NCBI RefSeq assembly: GCF_000155895.1 | Contig: NZ_DS995298.1 | Coordinates: 60,001 to 92,000, forward strand | Direction of reading: 5' to 3' | Source of the DNA: Candidatus Pelagibacter sp. HTCC7211 | Lineage (GTDB): Bacteria; Pseudomonadota; Alphaproteobacteria; Pelagibacterales; Pelagibacteraceae | DNA: 32,000 nt | In this document: positions 1 to 7,845 of the stretch, one piece after another | Layout: each line of letters starts with the position of its first letter | How positions within the stretch are numbered: the first letter of the stretch is position 1 | Notes under the pieces: model-generated | What the model saw: the letters and a program-made list of their open reading frames with translations, nothing else | What the model was told of the DNA's origin: nothing | Databases searched by the model: none | Made by a program: the position numbers and the translations under genes

Positions 1-744
1 GCATTAGAGAGAGCACAACAAAAAGTTGAAGCTAGAAATTTTGATATAAGAAAAACTCTAATTAAGTTTGATAATGTCTTAAATGATCAAAGACACGTTG
101 TATTTTCACAAAGAAAAAATGCAATGAATAGTAAAAATATTTTTGAATATTCAGACGAATTTTTGAAAGAAATTTCCCAAGATATTGTGAAATTAAAAAT
201 TCAAAAATTATCAAATCCTAAAAGTAATGAATTCTCAAATCGATTAAGACAAATTGTTGGAAAAAGTTTTGAAGAAAATGAATTTAAAGAGTTAATTTCA
301 TCTAGTGATAATGAAATTAAAGAAAAAATTTTAAATAAATTTAAAGAATCACGAAACGATAGAATAAATTTACTTGGTGAAGATCATGCAAAAGAAATCG
401 AAAAAAGAATATTTCTTCAATCAATAGATCTAAATTGGAAGTCTCACATACAATATTTAGAGCAACTAAGACAAGTAATAGGTCTTAGATCGTATGGGCA
501 AAGAGATCCTTTAATTGAGTATAAAAAAGAGGCTTTTGAACTATTTTCAAATCTTTTAGAAAAATTAAAGTTAGATTTCGTAACCATACTAATGAATTTG
601 AAAGTTTTAACTGAACAAGCACCAGAACAAGAAAATAAAAATAGTATGTTAGACCAAATAAAAAAAGGTAAAAAAATTGGAAGAAATGAACCTTGTTATT
701 GTGGCTCTGGAAAAAAATTCAAACATTGTTGTGGAGCTTTATAA
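1..744 (+). CDS. secA: Preprotein translocase ATPase SecA, C-terminal part (5' end lies upstream of the window)
   Basis: Frame 1 is open from nt 1 (ALERAQQKVEARNFDIRKTLIKFDNVLNDQRHVVFSQR...) and continues into listed ORF 124..744. It ends with the SecA C-terminal zinc-binding tail CYCGSGKKFKHCCG. Confidence 0.93.
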   Translation, partial: ALERAQQKVEARNFDIRKTLIKFDNVLNDQRHVVFSQRKNAMNSKNIFEYSDEFLKEISQDIVKLKIQKLSNPKSNEFSNRLRQIVGKSFEENEFKELISSSDNEIKEKILNKFKESRNDRINLLGEDHAKEIEKRIFLQSIDLNWKSHIQYLEQLRQVIGLRSYGQRDPLIEYKKEAFELFSNLLEKLKLDFVTILMNLKVLTEQAPEQENKNSMLDQIKKGKKIGRNEPCYCGSGKKFKHCCGAL

Positions 745-750
745 AGTTAA

Positions 751-1848
751 TTAAAATAAAGCAAATACTAAAACAAGTAAGATAAAGCCTGAGACAGAAG
801 CTCCAATAAGTATTTTTTTAGATTTTAAAATTTCTACAATATTATTTTCTTTTATTGTAAGCGTACTTATGTCCTCTGAATTACTTATAAATCCTTTATT
901 TCTTCCAATCTTTAAAAATTTATTTTTTCTTTCACTCATGATTTCCTCGGAGGATAAATCTTTAAAATATTCTAAATTTTTAGATATCGAATTTCTTAAA
1001 TTGTCTAATATTAAATCTCTATCTCTATGGGCTCCCCCTAATGGCTCTTGAATTATTTCATCTATAACCTGAAGTTCTAATAAATCTTTAGCTGATAATT
1101 TCATGGCCTTTGCGGCATCTAGCATTTTTTTTGGATCTCTCCATAAAATTGTTGCACATCCTTCTGGTGATATTACAGAATAAATAGCATTTTCTAACAT
1201 TATTACTTTACTAGATGATGCTAAAGCTATCGCCCCTCCAGATCCGCCTTCACCAATTATAATAGCAAGTGTTGGAACTTTAAGTTCCATACAGCATTCA
1301 ATTGATTTTGCAATTGCCTCCGCCTGACCTCTTTCTTCAGCACCAACTCCTGGATATGCTCCTGGAGTGTCTATAAAAGAGATTATTGGAATATTAAATT
1401 TATTTGCCAAATTCATTAGCCTAATTGTTTTTCGGTAACCTTCTGGTCTCATCATCCCAAAATTTCTTTCAATTCTACTCTCTAAATTTTCACCTTTTTC
1501 TTGTCCAATTACCAATACTGATTGTCCATTGAATTTTGCAAAACCAGTTAATACTGATTTATCTTCACCGTAATATCTATCTCCAGATAAAGAGATAAAA
1601 TCATCAAATAAATTATCTATAAAAAATTTCGATTTAGGCCTATCTTCATGTCTAGCAACCATAGTGGTTTGCCAAGGGTCTAAATTTGAGTAAATATCCT
1701 TTAATTTTTTATCTAATTCAGCTTGCGTATTTGATATTTTTTGAGTGTCGACTTCAGATAAACCCTCTTGATTAAAGGGATCTTTTAGTTTTTCAATTTC
1801 ACTCTCTAAATTTTTAATATCATTTTCAAAATTAAGATAATTTTTCAT
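751..1848 (-). CDS. accA: Acetyl-CoA carboxylase carboxyltransferase alpha subunit, with about 44 extra C-terminal residues ending in a hydrophobic helix
   Basis: 365 aa. AccA-type N-terminus (LNFENDIKNLESEIEKLK) and core motifs (FIDTPGAYPGVGAEERGQAEAIA, GEGGSGGALA-like GEGGSGGAIALA). The extension ...KILIGASVSGFILLVLVFALF has no counterpart in 319-aa E. coli AccA. Confidence 0.9.
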   Translation of the reverse strand: MKNYLNFENDIKNLESEIEKLKDPFNQEGLSEVDTQKISNTQAELDKKLKDIYSNLDPWQTTMVARHEDRPKSKFFIDNLFDDFISLSGDRYYGEDKSVLTGFAKFNGQSVLVIGQEKGENLESRIERNFGMMRPEGYRKTIRLMNLANKFNIPIISFIDTPGAYPGVGAEERGQAEAIAKSIECCMELKVPTLAIIIGEGGSGGAIALASSSKVIMLENAIYSVISPEGCATILWRDPKKMLDAAKAMKLSAKDLLELQVIDEIIQEPLGGAHRDRDLILDNLRNSISKNLEYFKDLSSEEIMSERKNKFLKIGRNKGFISNSEDISTLTIKENNIVEILKSKKILIGASVSGFILLVLVFALF

Positions 1849-1925
1849 AATTAATTTATATCGGACAATTAAAATATAAAAAAGGCAATAAAGTGATGAT
1901 GAATATCCTTTGTAAATGTTATCAA

Positions 1926-1954
1926 TTGACTTAAATTTTTTTTAAAGATAAAAT
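1926..1954 (+). promoter_or_regulatory. Sigma70-like promoter for the riboswitch-glcB transcript (TTGACT-N17-TAAAAT)
   Basis: TTGACT at 1926..1931, a 17-nt spacer, then TAAAAT at 1949..1954. The predicted start lies about 7 nt downstream, just before the first riboswitch aptamer (CGGGAGAG at 1963). AT-rich background lowers specificity. Confidence 0.5.
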
Positions 1955-1960
1955 TTGTAT

Positions 1961-2108
1961 ATCGGGAGAGACTGATAAGCTTATTAGCGCCGAAGGAGCA
2001 ACCACCCCGGAAACTCTCAGGCAAAAGGACCGTTAAACGCATAACACTCTGGAAAGAGATTAATTTCCGCCGAAGGAGCAAAACTCTCAGGCAAAAATAC
2101 AGATGGGG
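1961..2108 (+). promoter_or_regulatory. Tandem glycine riboswitch (two aptamers) in the glcB leader
   Basis: Glycine-aptamer cores occur twice. GCCGAAGGAGCAA is at 1989..2001 and 2069..2081. AAACTCTCAGGCAAAA is at 2011..2026 and 2081..2096. Each pair is preceded by a GGAGAG/GGAAAGAG junction (1965.., 2051..). This is a GC-rich island in AT-rich DNA, ending 14 nt before the glcB ATG. Confidence 0.9.
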
Positions 2109-2122
2109 TAAATATTAGTGCT

Positions 2123-4285
2123 ATGCAAGAAAAATATATTAACATTAACAAACTAAAAGTTTCAGAGAGTTTATCTAGATTTGTTAAAGATGAACTATTG
2201 AAAGACACAAATATTTCTAGTGATGATTTTTGGCTTGGTTTTGAAAGAACTATTGAGGAGCTTGAACCAAAAAATAAACAATTAATTAATTTTAGAGAAA
2301 CTTTACAAAAAAAAATTGATGCATGGCATATTAAGAATAAATCTAATGAATTCAATTTAATTGAATACAAAAAATTTTTGGTTGAGATCGGCTACTTAAA
2401 AGAAGAAGGCCCAGATTTTTCAATAGACACAAAAAATGTAGACGATGAAATCACAAAAATTGCAGGACCACAATTAGTTGTACCAATTATGAACTCACGT
2501 TATGCATTGAACGCAGCTAATGCAAGATGGATGAGTCTCTATGACAGTTTATATGGGACTGATGTGATAGAACAATCTGAAGATAGTGTTTCTGAAAGAT
2601 ATGACCCTTTAAGAGGAGAAATGGTTATTAAATATGGTAGAGACTTTTTAAATAAATATTTTCCTTTGAAGGATATGAGCTGGAATAAAATTACTACTGT
2701 AGCAGTCAAAGAAGGAAGTTTTAAAGCATTAAAAGGAGTTGAAACATTTGATTTAGTAGATGAAGAAAAATTTATTGGTCATAGAGGTGAAGCAGATAAC
2801 CCATCGGCAATTATCTTGAAAAATAATAACTTACATATAGAAATTTTAAGAGATCGAAGAGCTTTTAGTGCTCAACAAGATTATGCGGGTATTAGTGATA
2901 TAATTTTAGAGTCTGCTGTGTCTACAATATGTGACAACGAAGATAGCGTTGCGGCAGTAGATGCTGCGGATAAAGTTATTTGCTACAGGAACTGGTTGGG
3001 TTTAATGAAAGGTAATCTAAAAACTCAATTTGAAAAAGGAGGTAAACTACTTGAAAGAAAATTAAATCCAAACAGAAGCTACATATCAAAAGAAGGTAAA
3101 GGCCTTAAACTTCATGGAAGAAGTCTCTTATTGATAAGAAATGTTGGACATTTAATGACAAACCCATCAATAATTCTCAGTAATGGTAATGAAGTCCCAG
3201 AAGGTATAATGGATGCCTTTATAACTGTTGCTGCTGCACTTCATGATCTTAAAAATAAAAATAATTCTAGAACTGGATCCATTTATATAGTTAAACCAAA
3301 AATGCATGGACCAGAGGAAACTGAATTTACTGATTTGATATTTTCTAAAGTTGAGGAAGTTTTAGGATTAGATAAATACACTTGTAAAATCGGAATTATG
3401 GATGAAGAAAGAAGAACTTCATCCAACCTAAAAGAATGCATAAGAACACTAAAAAATAGAGTATTTTTTATCAATACAGGTTTTTTAGATAGAACTGGAG
3501 ATGAAATGCATACTTCGATGGAAGCAGGACCAATGATTAAAAAAGGAGAAATGAAATCCTCTAAATGGATCTTAGCATACGAAAATAATAACGTTGATGT
3601 TGGTTTAAAATGTGGTCTTTCAGGGAAGGCTCAAATTGGTAAAGGAATGTGGGCAATGCCAGATAAAATGAAAGATATGATGGAGCAAAAAACAGGTCAC
3701 TTAAAAGCAGGTGCAAATTGTGCTTGGGTACCATCTCCTACAGCAGCAGCCCTACATGCATTACACTATCATGAAATAGATATTTTTGATCAACAAAAAA
3801 ATATAATTAAAAGAGAAAAAGCAAAACTTGATGACCTTTTAACAATTCCAGTTGCAAATAGACCTAACTGGTCGATTGAAGAAATTAATAGTGAAATTTC
3901 TAACTCAGCACAAACATTGTTAGGTTATGTGGTAAGATGGATAGATCAAGGTGTAGGTTGTTCAAAAGTTCCAGATATAAATAATATTGGTCTAATGGAA
4001 GATAGAGCAACTTTAAGAATATCTTCACAGCATATTGCTAACTGGATACATCATGGAATTACTACTAAATTACAAGTTTTAGGAATAATGAAAGAGATGG
4101 CAAAAATTGTTGATAATCAAAATAAAAGTGATGACAAATATGTCAGGATGAGTGACGACTTTGATAGGTCATTAGCTTTTAAAACTGCATGTGATTTAGT
4201 TTTTAGTGGTAAAGAACAGCCCTCAGGATATACAGAACCTTTGCTGCATTTAAATAGGCTTAAAAAAAAAATTAATCAGAATTAG
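2123..4285 (+). CDS. glcB: Malate synthase G
   Basis: 720 aa, collinear with E. coli GlcB along its whole length (GPQLVVPIMNSRYALNAANARW, HGRSLLLIRNVGHLMT, IVKPKMHGPEE, GIMDEERRTS, INTGFLDRTGDEMHT, MEDRATLRISSQHIANW). Confidence 0.96.
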   Translation: MQEKYININKLKVSESLSRFVKDELLKDTNISSDDFWLGFERTIEELEPKNKQLINFRETLQKKIDAWHIKNKSNEFNLIEYKKFLVEIGYLKEEGPDFSIDTKNVDDEITKIAGPQLVVPIMNSRYALNAANARWMSLYDSLYGTDVIEQSEDSVSERYDPLRGEMVIKYGRDFLNKYFPLKDMSWNKITTVAVKEGSFKALKGVETFDLVDEEKFIGHRGEADNPSAIILKNNNLHIEILRDRRAFSAQQDYAGISDIILESAVSTICDNEDSVAAVDAADKVICYRNWLGLMKGNLKTQFEKGGKLLERKLNPNRSYISKEGKGLKLHGRSLLLIRNVGHLMTNPSIILSNGNEVPEGIMDAFITVAAALHDLKNKNNSRTGSIYIVKPKMHGPEETEFTDLIFSKVEEVLGLDKYTCKIGIMDEERRTSSNLKECIRTLKNRVFFINTGFLDRTGDEMHTSMEAGPMIKKGEMKSSKWILAYENNNVDVGLKCGLSGKAQIGKGMWAMPDKMKDMMEQKTGHLKAGANCAWVPSPTAAALHALHYHEIDIFDQQKNIIKREKAKLDDLLTIPVANRPNWSIEEINSEISNSAQTLLGYVVRWIDQGVGCSKVPDINNIGLMEDRATLRISSQHIANWIHHGITTKLQVLGIMKEMAKIVDNQNKSDDKYVRMSDDFDRSLAFKTACDLVFSGKEQPSGYTEPLLHLNRLKKKINQN

Positions 4286-4883
4286 AATTTAAATTTGCTC
4301 TATTTTTAAAAGCAGAAAATAAAGTTCCATCATCTAAATTTTCAATTTCACCACCAACTGGTAATCCTTGGGCTAATTTAGTAACTTTAGCACTAGTATT
4401 TTTTAAACTATCTTGGATATAGTATGCGGTAGTTTGTCCCTCAACAGTTGCACTAGTTGCAAGTATAACTTCCTCTATACCCTCTTTATTAACCCTCTCT
4501 ACTAATGAGTTAATTAAAAGATCTTCTTTTCTTTGACCTACAGAGGAAATAGTTCCACCCAAAATATGAAAATATCCTTGAAAAATATTCGAATTTTCAA
4601 TTGACCATTGGTCTGCAATATCTTCTACTACACAAATTTTATTATATTTTTCTTTTGAATTTTCACAATTAATACATCCACTTAAATTTGATTTTAATGA
4701 TCCACAAAAATTGCATCTTGTTACATTTTTATAAACTTGGTCCAACGTGCTTGCCAATGGCTTAACCAACTCGTCTCTATTGTTAATCAATTTTAAAACA
4801 ATTCTTTTTGCTGATTTAGGGCCTAGACCAGGAAGCTTTGAAATTAACTTTATTAATTCCTCAATCTCGTTAATATTTTGCAT
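4272..4883 (-). CDS. recR: Recombination protein RecR
   Basis: 203 aa. N-terminal HhH (LISKLPGLGPKSAKRI), a C4 zinc finger (CNFCGSL...CINCEN) and a Toprim region (ICVVEDIADQWSIE). Sits in dnaX-ybaB-recR synteny. Confidence 0.93.
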   Translation of the reverse strand: MQNINEIEELIKLISKLPGLGPKSAKRIVLKLINNRDELVKPLASTLDQVYKNVTRCNFCGSLKSNLSGCINCENSKEKYNKICVVEDIADQWSIENSNIFQGYFHILGGTISSVGQRKEDLLINSLVERVNKEGIEEVILATSATVEGQTTAYYIQDSLKNTSAKVTKLAQGLPVGGEIENLDDGTLFSAFKNRANLNSNSD

Positions 4884-4886
4884 TAA

Positions 4887-5204
4887 TTATAACGGCCATT
4901 TAAAACCAGGAATTCCGAAGCCTCCCGTAGCTTTTGAAATCTCTTCTGTGGTCTTTGTTTTCAACTGTGATTTTGCGCTATTATGAGCAGCAACAATTAA
5001 ATCTTCAATTATTGCCTTATCTTCTTTAATAATTTCATCAGATAATTCAATTTTTTGCATCTCACCCTCACCATCAAGAGTTATTTTAACTGAATTAGAG
5101 CCTGAAACTCCCTCAGCTTTAATCTCCTTAATTTTTTCTTGGCTCTCTTTCATTTTTGCCTCTAATTCCTTTGCTTTATCCAAAATCTTTGTAAAATCAG
5201 TCAT
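4887..5204 (-). CDS. ybaB: Nucleoid-associated protein YbaB/EbfC
   Basis: YbaB-like sequence (ITLDGEGEMQKIELSDEII..DKAIIEDLIVAAHNSA...GIPGFKWPL). I prefer the ATG at 5204 because AGAGGA lies 5-6 nt upstream. The listed ORF allows an alternative start at 5225. Confidence 0.85.
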   Translation of the reverse strand: MTDFTKILDKAKELEAKMKESQEKIKEIKAEGVSGSNSVKITLDGEGEMQKIELSDEIIKEDKAIIEDLIVAAHNSAKSQLKTKTTEEISKATGGFGIPGFKWPL

Positions 5205-6867
5205 TTTTATCCTCTTCTTTTCCATTTAATTTAACGTCAATAAGTTCTGCATCAGGAAATTTTTCCATTACCATCTGATAAGTCTCTGAACTTTTAACCT
5301 CATTAATCAATTTATCTTTTCTATTCTTTTGTTTTTCTTTAATTGACATCTCACCTTTAGATTTACTGAAGGTAATAATCCATCTTTCAGAAGTCCATTC
5401 AAAAAGTTTTGAGGAAAGATCTTTTACAAAATCTTTATCTAAGTTATCATTAAAAGAAATTTCAATTCTATTTCTCTCAAATTTTACAAGATTTACATTT
5501 TTTTCTAATTCATATTTTAGTTTAATTTCTTTTTTTTGAGTACAGATATCAAGAAGGTCTTCAAATGAATTTATCAAATTTTTATCAATCGCTTCAACTT
5601 CTTGTTTCACATCAGGTTTGTGTTTTTCTTCTTGGGCTACATTTTTTATTTGATTTATAACTCTTGAATTATCATCAAATTCATTTTCTTTTTTTTTTTT
5701 CTGGATTCGATCATCTATATTGTGGCTTGTTTGCTCTTTTTTAGTATCTTGCTTTAACTTAATTGAACTTAAATGCATCAATCTTATCAAAAACATTTCT
5801 ATAGACAGATGCTGGTTAGAGACAATGTCTAATTCTTCAAGTGAAGATACAGCAAACTGCCAAAATAAAATTAAAATTTCTGAGTTTACTTGATTAGAAA
5901 TTTCTTTAATTTTTGAAAACTCTTCATCGTTAAGTGAAAAATTTGTACTTTCTAGAGATAATGAATTTATATTTTTGTAATAATAAAGTATTTCTAAAAA
6001 ATCATTAATAAATACTTTTGGCTCAACCCCCTGATCATAAATTTTTCTGTAAATATTAATAACTTTTTTCTCTTCTCCTTTAAGTATTAATTCAAATAAA
6101 TTTATTAATTGAGATTTATCAAAATATCCAAAAATTTTTTGTGCAGCATTTAAATCTAATTCAGTATTTTGCTCTAAACTTAGTAGACCTCTATCCAATA
6201 AAGATAGCGCATCTCTTACAGATCCCTCGGATATTTTAACAATTAATTTTAAAGCTTCATCTGATACGTTGCCATTCTCTTTATCTTTAATCTTTTTTAT
6301 AAATTCAAATAATTCTGTTGATTTAATTCTAGATAAATCAAATCTTTGACATCTTGACACCACAGTAATTGGTATTTTTTTAATTTCTGTAGTTGCAAAA
6401 ATAAATTTAAGATATGCTGGTGGCTCTTCTAGTGTTTTTAACAAAGCATTAAATGCTTGTTTGCTTAACATGTGCACTTCATCAATTATAAATATCTTAT
6501 ATTTTGCAGAAGTGGGCCCATATCTAGAGAATTCAATTAAATCTCTGACATCATCAACACCAGTTTTGCTAGCTGCATCCATTTCAAGTACATCAATGTG
6601 ACTTGCATCGGCTATTGATTTACAATTTTCGCATAAATCTTTTTTACATAAATTTTCAATTCCTTTAGAACAGTTAAGCCCCTTAGCAACAATTCTGGCA
6701 GTCGTAGTTTTGCCAATTCCTCTTATTCCAGTGAATAAATATGCATTAGGAATTTTATCTGCTTTAATGGAATTAGTTATAGTTTCAGCCACAACTTCTT
6801 GGCCAATAAGATCATCAAAAACTTGTGGTCTATATTTTAATGCTAATACTTTTGAGTTATTGTTCAT
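5197..6867 (-). CDS. dnaX: DNA polymerase III subunit tau/gamma
   Basis: 556 aa. AAA+ clamp-loader N-terminus (KYRPQVFDDLIGQE, GIRGIGKTTTARI, zinc module CSKG..C..DLCENC, DEVHML, SRCQRF). Confidence 0.95.
   Translation of the reverse strand: MNNNSKVLALKYRPQVFDDLIGQEVVAETITNSIKADKIPNAYLFTGIRGIGKTTTARIVAKGLNCSKGIENLCKKDLCENCKSIADASHIDVLEMDAASKTGVDDVRDLIEFSRYGPTSAKYKIFIIDEVHMLSKQAFNALLKTLEEPPAYLKFIFATTEIKKIPITVVSRCQRFDLSRIKSTELFEFIKKIKDKENGNVSDEALKLIVKISEGSVRDALSLLDRGLLSLEQNTELDLNAAQKIFGYFDKSQLINLFELILKGEEKKVINIYRKIYDQGVEPKVFINDFLEILYYYKNINSLSLESTNFSLNDEEFSKIKEISNQVNSEILILFWQFAVSSLEELDIVSNQHLSIEMFLIRLMHLSSIKLKQDTKKEQTSHNIDDRIQKKKKENEFDDNSRVINQIKNVAQEEKHKPDVKQEVEAIDKNLINSFEDLLDICTQKKEIKLKYELEKNVNLVKFERNRIEISFNDNLDKDFVKDLSSKLFEWTSERWIITFSKSKGEMSIKEKQKNRKDKLINEVKSSETYQMVMEKFPDAELIDVKLNGKEEDKND
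5681..5700 (-). other. A12 homopolymer (Lys390-393 of dnaX) followed by a -1-frame TGA: candidate frameshift or transcriptional-slippage site
   Basis: Minus strand reads CAG AAAAAAAAAAAA GAAAATGAA. The -1 frame after the run is AGA AAA TGA (stop at 5683..5681). The +1 frame stops 11 codons later (TAA). Confidence 0.35.
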
Positions 6868-6879
6868 TTTGTTTATTTT

Positions 6880-6967
6880 AAGGAGACTAGAACCTGAATA
6901 ACTGTCTCTACGACTGCTTCCGTTAAGATCTGGTCGGGTTCAAGCAGCATCCACCTCTAGCCTCCAA
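6880..6967 (-). ncRNA. ffs: Signal recognition particle RNA (small bacterial 4.5S type)
   Basis: Minus strand reads GGAGGCUAGAGGUGGAUGCUGCUUGAACCCGACCAGAUCUUAACGGAAGCAGUCGUAGAGACAGUUAUUCAGGUUCUAGUCUCC. The ends form a 10-bp closing helix (GGAGGCUAGA/UCUAGUCUCC). It carries the conserved domain-IV strands GGUG..UGCUG and GGAAGCAG. It is a GC-rich island in the conserved position upstream of dnaX. Confidence 0.8.
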
Positions 6968-6971
6968 AACT

Positions 6972-7001
6972 ATTATAGCAGTTATAATTTCTATTCCACA
7001 A
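6972..7001 (-). promoter_or_regulatory. Sigma70-like promoter for ffs (TTGTGG-N18-TATAAT)
   Basis: On the minus strand, TATAAT (6977..6972) lies 6 nt upstream of the first G of the SRP RNA closing helix (6965). TTGTGG (7001..6996) lies 18 nt further upstream. Confidence 0.45.
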
Positions 7002-7008
7002 GAAAAGA

Positions 7009-7845
7009 TTAATTATTTTTTTCTCTTAACTTATCTGCTTCAAAAACACCTAGAACGTGAAAATCTTCGCAATGAAGCCCAAGCTCTTCTAAGGATTTTT
7101 GAACTTTTGAATCTTCGATATGACCATCTAATTCACATAAGAAAAAGAATGAGTCAAAAGTATTCTTTTCTGGATAGCTCTGTAATTTTGTTAAATTAAC
7201 TCCATTAATTGCGAAGCCTCCTAATGATTGATAAAGTGCAGCTGGTTTACTTTTTAATTTAAATAAAAAAGAAGTGATGTATTTTTTATCTCCAAATTCT
7301 GGTTGTGAAATATTTTTACCCATAATTAAAAATCTTGTTAAGTTGCCATTTTCATTTTCAATATTTTTTTTTATTACGCTTAAACCATAAATTTCAGCAC
7401 TTAAAGAAGAAGCTATTGCTGCTTGCTTAATATCTTTAGTTTTAGAAATCATTTCTGCAGAGCCTGCAGTATCAGCTCTGATATGCTCTGTTATATTATT
7501 ATCTTTTATAAATTTTGAGCATTGAGATAATCCTTGAGCATGAGAATATACTTCTTTTATATCACTTAGCTTTGCACCAGGTTGTCCTAATAAATTATGT
7601 TCAATTTTTTGAAAATGCTCTTCGTAAATATTGAGTCTATGTTTAAAGATTAAATATTCTATGCCAATATTTCCTGTAATTCTATTAGACTCTGGGATAA
7701 TTATTTTACACTCAGCTTCTGAACTTGCTTTATTAAAACAATCATCAAAAGTTTTACATGGTAATATTTCTGCATCAGGATCAACTGATAAAGCAGCTAA
7801 ATGAGAATATGCTCCAAAAGTACCCTGAAAATATATTTTTGACAT
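7009..7845 (-). CDS. pheA: Prephenate dehydratase (monofunctional, with C-terminal ACT domain)
   Basis: 278 aa. Starts IYFQGTFGAYSHLAA, has the NLTRFLIMGK (TRF) motif and an ACT-type tail (LTKLQSYPEK...FFFLCELDGH). Confidence 0.9.
   Translation of the reverse strand: MSKIYFQGTFGAYSHLAALSVDPDAEILPCKTFDDCFNKASSEAECKIIIPESNRITGNIGIEYLIFKHRLNIYEEHFQKIEHNLLGQPGAKLSDIKEVYSHAQGLSQCSKFIKDNNITEHIRADTAGSAEMISKTKDIKQAAIASSLSAEIYGLSVIKKNIENENGNLTRFLIMGKNISQPEFGDKKYITSFLFKLKSKPAALYQSLGGFAINGVNLTKLQSYPEKNTFDSFFFLCELDGHIEDSKVQKSLEELGLHCEDFHVLGVFEADKLREKNN

Noticed and set aside
869-1051. 60-aa plus-strand ORF inside accA
   Set aside because: It is fully antisense to a well-supported accA coding region. 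Its translation is low-complexity and Leu/Phe/Ser-rich, as expected from the reverse strand of an AT-rich gene. The same reasoning applies to 3283..3474, 4747..4986, 8368..8604, 9595..9789 and 11085..11273.
1869-2370. Minus-strand ORFs 1869..2081 (70 aa) and 2017..2370 (117 aa)
   Set aside because: They run antisense through the glycine riboswitch and the 5' end of glcB. They show no recognisable motifs, and the riboswitch plus malate synthase fully explain the sequence.
6710-6901. 63-aa plus-strand ORF spanning the dnaX start and the SRP RNA
   Set aside because: It is antisense to the dnaX P-loop region and to ffs, both of which are strongly supported. No protein signature.
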